Below are positions 19,026-28,159 of a stretch of DNA of 64,000 nt, piece after piece. Both the position numbers and the translations under genes were made by a program. This DNA comes from Bdellovibrionota bacterium. GTDB taxonomy: Bacteria > Bdellovibrionota_C > UBA2361 > CAKMMH01. The notes under the pieces were generated by a model. The model worked only from the letters and a program-made list of their open reading frames with translations. It was not told the origin of the DNA and searched no databases. The first letter of the stretch is position 1, and the number at the start of each line of letters is the position of its first letter. The stretch spans positions 64,001 to 128,000 of the forward strand of contig JBMNLI010000017.1 in the NCBI GenBank assembly GCA_050952645.1, given 5' to 3'.

Positions 19026-20600
19026 TTAAAAGCTAGTTCTTGTGAGCAATTTTACGACTTTATAATTTGACACTTTATAGCCACTTTCTTTTGCTAGCCT
19101 TTGTAAATTATCCCCTTTATCTCTATATCCTAAAATAAGGTATCTTAAAGTTCTGCTTTCTATAAGTTTTGATAAATCTTCATTAGAATAAAAAATCTTA
19201 TACCTTTCTATTTCCTCTTTAGTTAATTTATGCGCTATATTTCTAGCAAAATGATTCTCTAACCCTTGCAAGCTTAAAACATCCATACCTATTAAATACC
19301 CTGGCCAAGATGAAAATATTAGTAGTTTCTCATTTCCTTTTCTCTTCCCATCTTCTAAATACACATAGCTAGCTACATTTTTTATTTGCTCATCTAAATT
19401 TTTAGGGCGCCAAAGTGTCGGTTCTTTTCTCGTGTATATCCCCGATACATTTATGCCAGTTAATGTATATCTTTGAAACTCTACTACTGAGTTTATTAAA
19501 TAAAAAGCTAGCACTAGGCTAAATAAAAACTTATAAACTTGCATATTTAAAAAATTTTTTTCATTTATACATATGTAAATTATAAGAAACGGAATCACTA
19601 CTACGAAATACTGCGCAAATACTGGAGTAGGTAAAAATGATACTAAAAACAATAATATTATTAAATATAGATATATACTTTTAAAATCTATTTTTTTAAG
19701 ACACATTAAGAAAAACAAAAGAGCAAACTGCAAGCTTATATCCCCAGTGTTTTCAACTCCTGAAAAAAAAGAATAAAATTTTTTTATCTTTTGATGAAAT
19801 CCAGAGATAAGCCCTGCTCTATTTCTTAGAGCGTGGTACGTTAAATTATTAAAAATAAACTCATTAAAATGCACAATCATTACGTAAAGCGTTGGAATAA
19901 ATCCTACTAAATTACCTAAAAGCAATAACTTTACTAACCTAGTAAATTCTTTTTTATCAAGCTCGTTATCAAGCTCGTTATCAAGCTTGTTATCAAGCTT
20001 GTTATCAAGCTTATTTCTATTATCAAAATATAAGAATGCTAAAAATATAAACTCGCAAAGAACTACATAACTTCTAATTTGAAAAGCTATAGATAGGAAA
20101 AAGCCTATAAGAAAATATTTATACTTAAGCTTACTTTCATAAACTCTTAAAGCTAATAGTAAAAATAAAATTGCTAAGGAATAATTTTTTATAATTGAAA
20201 AATATGCTATTACTAAATCACTCGATATATAAAGCAATACACCTAAAAGCCCACTTAATATATTTCTCTTTACCCTTATTATATCAAAGATTAAATATCC
20301 AATTAACGCTGCTACTAGAGCAGAAAATAATCTTAAAATTTGCCAAGATTCTCCTAAAACATAACTCCAAGCGGCAAGAAAATATGGGTATAAAAATGCT
20401 TGAGGAAAAAAGAAATCTTTATAAGGAGTTTGTCCTTGCAACACGGCCTTACCTGCATAAGCAAAATAGCCCTCATCTCCTGCGATAAAACGAAGGTCGA
20501 CCGCTACTACATAAAAATATATAAGTAAAAATATTACGACAAGATTTGAAGATAAAGCCGTAGCATGCTTTTTATTTAATGTTTTCATTAAATTTTTCAT
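19026..20600 (-). CDS. Polytopic membrane glycosyltransferase (GT-C, ArnT/PMT-like)
   Basis: First TM helix followed by 'GDEGYF....GQTPYKDFF..Q..LYPY', then many TM helices. The start is uncertain (ORF track 20663). Confidence 0.7.
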   Translation of the reverse strand: MKNLMKTLNKKHATALSSNLVVIFLLIYFYVVAVDLRFIAGDEGYFAYAGKAVLQGQTPYKDFFFPQAFLYPYFLAAWSYVLGESWQILRLFSALVAALIGYLIFDIIRVKRNILSGLLGVLLYISSDLVIAYFSIIKNYSLAILFLLLALRVYESKLKYKYFLIGFFLSIAFQIRSYVVLCEFIFLAFLYFDNRNKLDNKLDNKLDNELDNELDKKEFTRLVKLLLLGNLVGFIPTLYVMIVHFNEFIFNNLTYHALRNRAGLISGFHQKIKKFYSFFSGVENTGDISLQFALLFFLMCLKKIDFKSIYLYLIILLFLVSFLPTPVFAQYFVVVIPFLIIYICINEKNFLNMQVYKFLFSLVLAFYLINSVVEFQRYTLTGINVSGIYTRKEPTLWRPKNLDEQIKNVASYVYLEDGKRKGNEKLLIFSSWPGYLIGMDVLSLQGLENHFARNIAHKLTKEEIERYKIFYSNEDLSKLIESRTLRYLILGYRDKGDNLQRLAKESGYKVSNYKVVKLLTRTSF

Positions 20601-21078
20601 TACATTCCTTACCGCAATGCTCACAGTTAGGTTTTTTATAATGCCCAGATTTATAATCAACAAGGGCCCGCTTTACGGCTTCCCACCCTAACATTGCACA
20701 TTTTATTCTAGCAGAAAATTTCCTAACGCCTGAAAGCGAAGTTAAATCACCTAGCTTTTCTAGCTCTTCCTCTCTTTTTTCACCTTTTAGCATATTTTGA
20801 TAAAGTTCAAAAAGAGCTTCGGCAGTTTCTATGTCTTTTCCCTCTAATAACTCGCACATCATAGAAGCGGCAGCTTGGCTTATCGAACACCCTTTCCCAG
20901 AAAAAGCGATCTTTTTGATTTTACTATCTTCTATTTTCACACACACATTTATTTGATCACCACATAAAGGATTATACAAATTAGCACTAGTGTTAGAATC
21001 ATCTAAAGAGCCAAAACATCTAGGGTTTTTAAAATGATCAACTATTACCTCTTGGTACAACTCATCTAACTCAGACAT
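20572..21078 (-). CDS. sufU: SufU/IscU-type Fe-S scaffold or sulfur-transfer protein
   Basis: LYQEVIVDHFKNPR, NPLCGD, GCSISQA.ASMM and RIKCA motifs. Carries the SufU-type insertion and an extra CxxCxxxC tail. Confidence 0.88.
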   Translation of the reverse strand: MSELDELYQEVIVDHFKNPRCFGSLDDSNTSANLYNPLCGDQINVCVKIEDSKIKKIAFSGKGCSISQAAASMMCELLEGKDIETAEALFELYQNMLKGEKREEELEKLGDLTSLSGVRKFSARIKCAMLGWEAVKRALVDYKSGHYKKPNCEHCGKECNEKFNENIK

Positions 21079-21267
21079 CTGCTACCTACTATTAAAATTA
21101 AATTAAAATTTCTTGTTTACTTATAATACGCTATTAGTTTATTACTTATTATTTTAATAATCAAGTAACAAACTAAAGGATGTTAAGCCTTTTAAAATTA
21201 TCTCTGTTTTATTATAATAATTTATTACGAAAGAAAAAGTTATTTGAAAAAATGGAGCATAAAAGCT

Positions 21268-21663
21268 ATGGATATACAAACCGATAACTCTTGCATCATA
21301 TGTGGGAAAAATAATAAACACGGATTAAATGTAAAATTTACTCTAGATAAAGAAAACAAGACCGCATTTACTAACGTTACGATTGGCAAAATGTTTAACG
21401 GATATGATGGTATCGTTCACGGTGGGATAGTTTGCGCTCTGCTAGATGAGGCCGGATTTTACGCAGCTAGAACTCTCGATGTTATCACGGTAACTATGAG
21501 TTTAAACACTAAATTTAAAAAACCCACCCCTATAAATACAGAACTATACTTAGAGGGAAAGGTTCTAGAGAGACGCTCTAGAAGCGTTATCACTCATTCT
21601 AAAATTATGCTAGGTAGCAATGTTTTAGCTGAAGCTAAAGGAGAGTTTTTTATTAAAAAATAA
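21268..21663 (+). CDS. PaaI/hotdog-fold thioesterase
   Basis: CIICGKNNKHGL, GIVHGG..ALLDE and FKKPTP motifs. Confidence 0.88.
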   Translation: MDIQTDNSCIICGKNNKHGLNVKFTLDKENKTAFTNVTIGKMFNGYDGIVHGGIVCALLDEAGFYAARTLDVITVTMSLNTKFKKPTPINTELYLEGKVLERRSRSVITHSKIMLGSNVLAEAKGEFFIKK

Positions 21664-21693
21664 TTTTTTTAAGAAACTTACTAAAATTTATAT

Positions 21694-22245
21694 TTAAAGC
21701 ATTTTGTAAAATAAATATTTTAGAATCATAAATGATGTAGATTTTTGACTAGTACCAATGACGCTAAGTTCGCAAAGGACTTTTTCTTTATTTACCTCTT
21801 GCTTCCTTTTGCTTTTTATACAAACACCTCGCCTTACATTATTATTTTTAGGAATGTTTCTAAGAGACATAAATGGCAATTTTTTAAATCTAATCTTATC
21901 TATAAGATTATCTCGTTTAATATAATTTTCAACGCATCCTTCATCGTCTACAATTACGTAAGCTATATCATCTTTTTGTTGTTTTAAGTCTGTAAATAAT
22001 TTATTGTAAAAAGCCTTATCTTTCTTATCTAAAAAACTAACTTTTACATTTTGACGTTTAGTCCCGTTTTTAACATCTGCCTTAACATCTACTATAAATC
22101 CCCTATCGCACTTTCCATTTTTGCAATATAAGTGTGCTTGATAGCCCTCAAGAAGATCTTCTTCTTGCATATATGCTGGAAAAGCAATAATAGAAATTAG
22201 AAACAATACACTAATGTAAGATAATAAAAATAATAACCGTTTCAT
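21694..22245 (-). CDS. Hypothetical exported protein
   Basis: 183 aa ORF with an N-terminal hydrophobic segment. Confidence 0.55.
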   Translation of the reverse strand: MKRLLFLLSYISVLFLISIIAFPAYMQEEDLLEGYQAHLYCKNGKCDRGFIVDVKADVKNGTKRQNVKVSFLDKKDKAFYNKLFTDLKQQKDDIAYVIVDDEGCVENYIKRDNLIDKIRFKKLPFMSLRNIPKNNNVRRGVCIKSKRKQEVNKEKVLCELSVIGTSQKSTSFMILKYLFYKML

Positions 22246-22464
22246 ATAATATCCTAAAATATTAGCTCTAAAATATTTAATCTACACTCAAATATTTAAG
22301 ATTATAAAAAACTGCGATAAGTTTCACTTTTTTTCGATTTTACTTGATTTTACTTGATTTTATAGCCTAAAAAAGGGTAAAATGATTAACTTGTGTTGTA
22401 TTTTTTTTGAAATATTTTAGTAAAATTTTAAGAGATAATAAACAAAACAAAAAAAACAAAAAAA

Positions 22465-24510
22465 ATGACTCTATCAGATATAGCAAAAAACATAATCGGC
22501 AATGAAGAAAAAATCTTAAGCGATACTTTAGCTAAAATTAAGGAAAGTAGCGTAGATATGGCGAGAAGAACCGATATAGAAAAAGAAAGGGCTAGCGAGC
22601 TTACGAAAGCCTTAGTAAATGCTAAAACTGACGAAGATAGACAACTTTTAGCATCTGATGAGAGCGTTTCTCATAGCCTAGTAGGAAAAAAGTTAGAGCA
22701 AATAGATATATTACATAAGCAATACGACAAACCATACTTTGCAAGGTTTGAGCTTGAAGAGGAGATAAAGGGGCAAAAAACGACCGTTGAATATAAACTA
22801 GGCTTTTATGGAAACACGGATTGCAGAATTATCGATTGGCGAAAAGCTCCCATTTCAAAGCTTTACTATGAATATAAAGAGGGAGAAGAGTTTTTTGAAA
22901 TTATTCAGGGAAAAGAAAGACAAGGCATCGTAAAATTAAAAAATAAATTAGAAATAGAAAAATCAGTTTTAAATAGGATATCTAGTTCAAAAGGAAATTT
23001 TATCAAGAAAGATGGCTCGTGGGAAGAGATGCAAGGTTCGTTTAGAAGCTATGAACAAGGTAGCCAATCGTATCTTCCAAACGTTATTTCTTTAATCACA
23101 GCAGAACAATTTCAAATGATAACAGAGGATGCAAAAACAGCAGTGCTTATTCAAGGAGTTGCAGGTTCTGGGAAAACTACCGTTGCACTTCATAGACTTG
23201 CTTGGCTTTTACATGAGGATAACTCAGACCTGAAAGCACACGAGGTAGTAGTAATAGTGCTTCATAACTCACTAAAATCATTTATCCTTGAAACTTTGCC
23301 ATCTATGGCAATTCATAATGTTAGAATCTTAACTTTCACCGAATGGGCAACAGAGACTATAAAAAACGAACTCCCAGAGCTTTGCAGAGTTGAGGAACAT
23401 ACTCAAAAAACTTACTTAAAAATCGCCACTTCTCCTTGTCCTATTTCTATATCTAGAGTAAAAAGCTCAATGGCGATGCTTAAATCTCTAGAAAGCCACT
23501 TGCTTTATAAAAAATCATCAGGGCAAAAAATAGCCGACCCATTAAAAGAGATCTTAAATTTATTAGCTAATCCTGAAGATTTAATTTCTAGAGATACCAC
23601 TAAACTAATCTCTAGAGAGATTATAAAACAAAGCTATGAGAGAAGTGTAGTAAATTTTCAAAACAATCAAATCGATGAATCAGATATTCCACTTATACTA
23701 AGACTTTTACAAATTAAAAACGATGGAGTTTACTTGCCATCAAGGTTAGTAGGAAAATACAAGCATATAGTAGTAGATGAGATACAAGATTTTAGTGCTA
23801 CTAATCTTGCCTGCATAATAGGTGGAGTAGAGACTACGAACGACTTAACTTTAGTAGGCGATATAGCACAAAGTGCAAACGAGGCTTCCTTATTTCCTGG
23901 CTGGGATACGCTAAAAAAAGAGTGGAATTTTAGAGATTCTATGTCTAGGTATATTAGTTTAACTGTAAGCCATCGCTCGACGCTCCCTATTATGAAGCTA
24001 GCAGATTACGTTCAAAACAGGCACCTTGTCAAAACTGGAAGAGCTGGAAGAACTCCTATTTGGTTTCAATCTTTTAGAGAGCAAAAAGGACTTAAGGCTA
24101 TAATAAATTGGCTTTTGCAAGCTACTGAAAAGTATCCATCTGCAACGACTTGTGTAATATGCAGAGATGCGAAAGAAGCAAAGTATGCTTTTTCTTTATT
24201 AGAGCCTACCTTTGGTTCAATAATAAGAGTTGGTGATAAGGATAATTTTTCATTCGCTGAAGGGATTATCGTTACGGAAATATCGGAAATTAAGGGATTA
24301 GAGTTTTGCAATGTTGTGATATGGAATCCTACGACGAAAAGTTATCCAAACGATGAAATATCTAGGAATTTACTTTATATAGCGATTACTAGAGCACAGG
24401 AAAATTTAAATATTACCACTTGGGGCAAGCCCTCTTTACTACTTCCTAATATCAACTCAAAACTCGTTAGAGGCGTTCTTTTAAGCGATGAGATTTTAGA
24501 AGAAAAATGA
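22465..24510 (+). CDS. helD: HelD-like SF1 helicase/RNA polymerase recycling ATPase
   Basis: PYFAR, IIDWRKAPISKLYY, IQGVAGSGKTTVALHRLAWLL, VVDEIQD, GD.AQ, KGLEF and LYIAITRA motifs. Confidence 0.75.
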   Translation: MTLSDIAKNIIGNEEKILSDTLAKIKESSVDMARRTDIEKERASELTKALVNAKTDEDRQLLASDESVSHSLVGKKLEQIDILHKQYDKPYFARFELEEEIKGQKTTVEYKLGFYGNTDCRIIDWRKAPISKLYYEYKEGEEFFEIIQGKERQGIVKLKNKLEIEKSVLNRISSSKGNFIKKDGSWEEMQGSFRSYEQGSQSYLPNVISLITAEQFQMITEDAKTAVLIQGVAGSGKTTVALHRLAWLLHEDNSDLKAHEVVVIVLHNSLKSFILETLPSMAIHNVRILTFTEWATETIKNELPELCRVEEHTQKTYLKIATSPCPISISRVKSSMAMLKSLESHLLYKKSSGQKIADPLKEILNLLANPEDLISRDTTKLISREIIKQSYERSVVNFQNNQIDESDIPLILRLLQIKNDGVYLPSRLVGKYKHIVVDEIQDFSATNLACIIGGVETTNDLTLVGDIAQSANEASLFPGWDTLKKEWNFRDSMSRYISLTVSHRSTLPIMKLADYVQNRHLVKTGRAGRTPIWFQSFREQKGLKAIINWLLQATEKYPSATTCVICRDAKEAKYAFSLLEPTFGSIIRVGDKDNFSFAEGIIVTEISEIKGLEFCNVVIWNPTTKSYPNDEISRNLLYIAITRAQENLNITTWGKPSLLLPNINSKLVRGVLLSDEILEEK

Positions 24511-24624
24511 TTATAGAAAAATGATTATAGAAAGAGAGAGAGAAAAAAAAGAGAGAAAAAAAAAGAAAGAGTACCAACAAGACTCCCTACAAATATAATT
24601 TTCTTTAATTTTAAATTTAATTTC

Positions 24625-27600
24625 TTAAAATATCACTATTAACCCTTTCATAGTAGCCTTTAACTGCTCGGCTGTGGCTTCATCGATAAGAGTGCCTCTA
24701 ATATCTAAAACATCTAAGTTTTTTATTTTGCAAAAATATTGGGCAGCATCATTAGTAATATTAGTATTTCTTAAAGATAAATTTTCAATAGAAAGCCAAG
24801 TTAAATAATAAATTCCCTTATCATCTATCTCAGTATCGTTTAAACTTAATAAGTCTAGACTTCTTAACTTTATTAAATTTTTTAAACCTCTAGATGTAAT
24901 ATTCGTTCCATCTAACTTTAACTCTAAAAGCTCAGGGAGCATACGTAAATACTTTAACGCATCATCACTAATGCTAGTTCCCTTTAAGTCTAACTCCTCT
25001 ACTTTACTAAACGCATTATCACTAAATACTTCGAGCATATCATCACATATACCTAAATAAGATAATAAAAGTACCGTGCCATAACATCTTAAATTTCTCT
25101 TAAAATCATTTTTAATATTATTACTAAAATTTTCACTAAGATTACTGCTAAGATTACTGCTAAGATTATTGCGCTTGCTTTTTATATTTATATTCTTATT
25201 TACATCTTCATTTACATCTTCTAAATAATTACTTTGCTCATTAACGCTTTCAACGCTTTCAAAACTTTCATCATAATCTTCTTTCTCATCTTCCTTTAAA
25301 TCTTCTTTATAATATTCTTTATAATATTCTTCATAATCTTCATCGCTGTAATCTTCTTCGTAATCTTCGTTATTATCTTCGCTGTAATCTTCTTTATAAT
25401 CTTCGCTATAATCTTCATCGTAATCTTTAGTGCGAACTTTAGCGTAATCTTTATCTCCATCTATTTTGCCGTATAACTTTTCTACATCCTCTTTGCTAAG
25501 TGAATAATTTTTTCTACTATACGCTATACATTCTTTTGAAAAATCTCTTTTACTAAACTTAGCTACATCTAAAGTAGTAGCTGAAAACGGCGCAGACACT
25601 TCGCTGTTTATAGACATCTTTACATAAATACTTCTTGGTGCTAGGTTCATAATATCATTTTCAGAAACTATCGGAGCTAACTCTTTTGCAAGCCTTGAAG
25701 CATCATCAGCCCCAGTTCCAAATACGACAATATTTGCTATATTTCCAAAAATCGTATCGACAACCTCCACTGGAAGTTGCTTTAAATACTGATTAGCCAT
25801 CGTTAAATTTAATTTATATTTTCTTGCTTCACTTAAAATCTGATTAACAGACTCAGTCATAAAAGAATGAAACTCATCTATATAAAAATAAAAATCTCTT
25901 CTTCTATGTTCAGGAATATCTGCTCTAGACATAGCCGCATGGTATATTTTAAATACGAGCATAGAACCTAGCAAAGATACGTTTTCATCGCCTAAAATTC
26001 CCTTTGGAAGCTTTAAAAGTAGTATTTTATTATTATCTATAATTTCTCTAAAATTAAATTTACTATCTTTTTGTAAAAAAATATTTTCTAAATACTCATT
26101 AGAAACGAAACTATCAATCTTTTCTAGTAGTGGCAAAACGGCTTCATTGTAGAATTTATGTTGCCACTTGTCGAATTCGTTTATAAAAAAATTGCTAGCT
26201 GCACTATCTGGCGTCTTTTTAGCTAAAGCTAACCTAAAATCCTTATCCGTTAATAATTTTTTTATAGATAAAAGCCCTTCATTTTTCGATGATAATACGG
26301 CTAATAATGCACATCTTAAAAGATGTTCAAGATTATCGTTCCAAATAGATGAAAAAATTTTCTTAAACACTTCTATAAACGATGATACAAATGGCAAACG
26401 ATTTCCATTTGAAACATCGTAAAAAGGATTAAACACTACTGGATAATCTATATCTGTAGGGTCGAATATTATAACATCTTTAATTCTATCTCTAGGAATT
26501 ATAGTAAGTAAATTATCTATTAAATCACCATGAGGGTCTAAAACGCAAAGACCAGCTCCACTCATAATATCATTTTTTGCTAAAAGATTTATTAAAGACG
26601 ATTTGCCATTCCCAGATTTACCTAATATGTAAAGATGCCTCCTCCTATCTTCCTTTCTTATTCCAAAATTAATTTTTACATCTCGATAGTCGGTAGTGCC
26701 AAAATATGCAATATTAGGGTCGTATATATCTATAGGCAAATCTTTCGGAGGCGCTACTTTTACCGAAAGAACCGTAGGAATATTAGTTATATTTTCTATA
26801 CTAGGTATATGCCAAATGGTTGCTAGCTCACTAGTTGAAAATAATGAATATTGCTTATCGATTATTCTCTTAAAAAACTTACTTAAATTATCTGCACCAT
26901 ATTTAATAACTCCCATTTTAAACCCATTTAGATCGTGATTATAAGATTTAAACGCATCGGAAATAAGCGACATATTATTATACAATCTTCTAACCGACCT
27001 TTCTCTAGGAGCTAAGCCTTTAGGAATAAACGCTGCCACTCTTATATTAACTGCACATAAAGACGATTTAAAACATTTTTGCTCTGCACTTTTTAAATAC
27101 TCTTCATGTGGCGTATCGTTAATCCAATACTTAACAGTCGTAAGCATTCTTTTTAATCTATCACGCCTAACTTTAGTATTAAATATCCTAGTAAAAAATG
27201 AGCCAACCTTAAAAGGCTTGCACACTATTTGTATTAAAGCACTATCTTCTAATGAAAAACTAGCTAGTTGATTTATTAAATTAGTAAGCGAGTCGGATAA
27301 GAACTCTTGATAACACTTTATAGGGAAAATACTATTTCTTTTTAACTTTAAATTTGCACTTAAAACTTCAAAATTATCTGCATCTATATTCGATAAATAA
27401 TCGGAAATTTCTCTTATATCACAATACGGACTTGCGGCATATAAAACGCCTTTAATATGATTAGCTATATTTTCATTACAAGCAAAAGTAAAATATATTA
27501 TCTGTTTATAACAAAAAATCTCGAATGAAAAAAAATCATTCTTATTTAAAACACTAAAAGTTTCTGCTAAAAGCCCATCAAGAAGCTTAGCAGCATTATT

Positions 27601-27669
27601 TGCACTCTCTGCCACTCCCCCACCGTTTAAATGAGCACTTCTTGGTATATGTATACAAAAGACTTTCAT
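24625..27669 (-). CDS. VirD4/TraG-like (TrwB/HerA-FtsK superfamily) ATPase with acidic linker and C-terminal LRR domain
   Basis: RRRHLYILGKSGNGKS, DPHGDL, YIDEFHSF and SEARKYKLNLTMANQY motifs, followed by YxED repeats and about five LxxLxLxxTxIxD repeats. Confidence 0.8.
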   Translation of the reverse strand: MKVFCIHIPRSAHLNGGGVAESANNAAKLLDGLLAETFSVLNKNDFFSFEIFCYKQIIYFTFACNENIANHIKGVLYAASPYCDIREISDYLSNIDADNFEVLSANLKLKRNSIFPIKCYQEFLSDSLTNLINQLASFSLEDSALIQIVCKPFKVGSFFTRIFNTKVRRDRLKRMLTTVKYWINDTPHEEYLKSAEQKCFKSSLCAVNIRVAAFIPKGLAPRERSVRRLYNNMSLISDAFKSYNHDLNGFKMGVIKYGADNLSKFFKRIIDKQYSLFSTSELATIWHIPSIENITNIPTVLSVKVAPPKDLPIDIYDPNIAYFGTTDYRDVKINFGIRKEDRRRHLYILGKSGNGKSSLINLLAKNDIMSGAGLCVLDPHGDLIDNLLTIIPRDRIKDVIIFDPTDIDYPVVFNPFYDVSNGNRLPFVSSFIEVFKKIFSSIWNDNLEHLLRCALLAVLSSKNEGLLSIKKLLTDKDFRLALAKKTPDSAASNFFINEFDKWQHKFYNEAVLPLLEKIDSFVSNEYLENIFLQKDSKFNFREIIDNNKILLLKLPKGILGDENVSLLGSMLVFKIYHAAMSRADIPEHRRRDFYFYIDEFHSFMTESVNQILSEARKYKLNLTMANQYLKQLPVEVVDTIFGNIANIVVFGTGADDASRLAKELAPIVSENDIMNLAPRSIYVKMSINSEVSAPFSATTLDVAKFSKRDFSKECIAYSRKNYSLSKEDVEKLYGKIDGDKDYAKVRTKDYDEDYSEDYKEDYSEDNNEDYEEDYSDEDYEEYYKEYYKEDLKEDEKEDYDESFESVESVNEQSNYLEDVNEDVNKNINIKSKRNNLSSNLSSNLSENFSNNIKNDFKRNLRCYGTVLLLSYLGICDDMLEVFSDNAFSKVEELDLKGTSISDDALKYLRMLPELLELKLDGTNITSRGLKNLIKLRSLDLLSLNDTEIDDKGIYYLTWLSIENLSLRNTNITNDAAQYFCKIKNLDVLDIRGTLIDEATAEQLKATMKGLIVIF

Positions 27670-28159
27670 TATATTATTTAATTATTTGATTATATTATCT
27701 AATTATATTAGATAATTATATTTATACAGTTATATTGCATAATTATTAAATTAAATTTTTATACTCTTTTCTCTATTAAATTTTTTTGTACTAATTTTTT
27801 TCTTTACTAATCTTTACTAAAGAGATTTTTATAATAAATTCTCGAAAATTTTATATAAAAATAACTTCTTTTTACGAATAATATATAAAAAAAAGTATTA
27901 TGAATCAGAATATTGATAGAAAAACTTTGATATAACCTTTGAAAACCGAAAAAATGCTTGAAGACTTATTTTGATTCAATTGAAATTTAAAATACACAAC
28001 TAAACGTTAGTTTACATATAAATTAAAAGTTATTCAATAGAGCCACCCCGAAAAATAAAATTTTTAAAAGAAAATATGACTAAAAATACCTTTAAAAACA
28101 AGGGAAGACATCTTTTAAAAGAGCTTAATAAATAACTTATAAAAAAACTTAGAAAAAAC

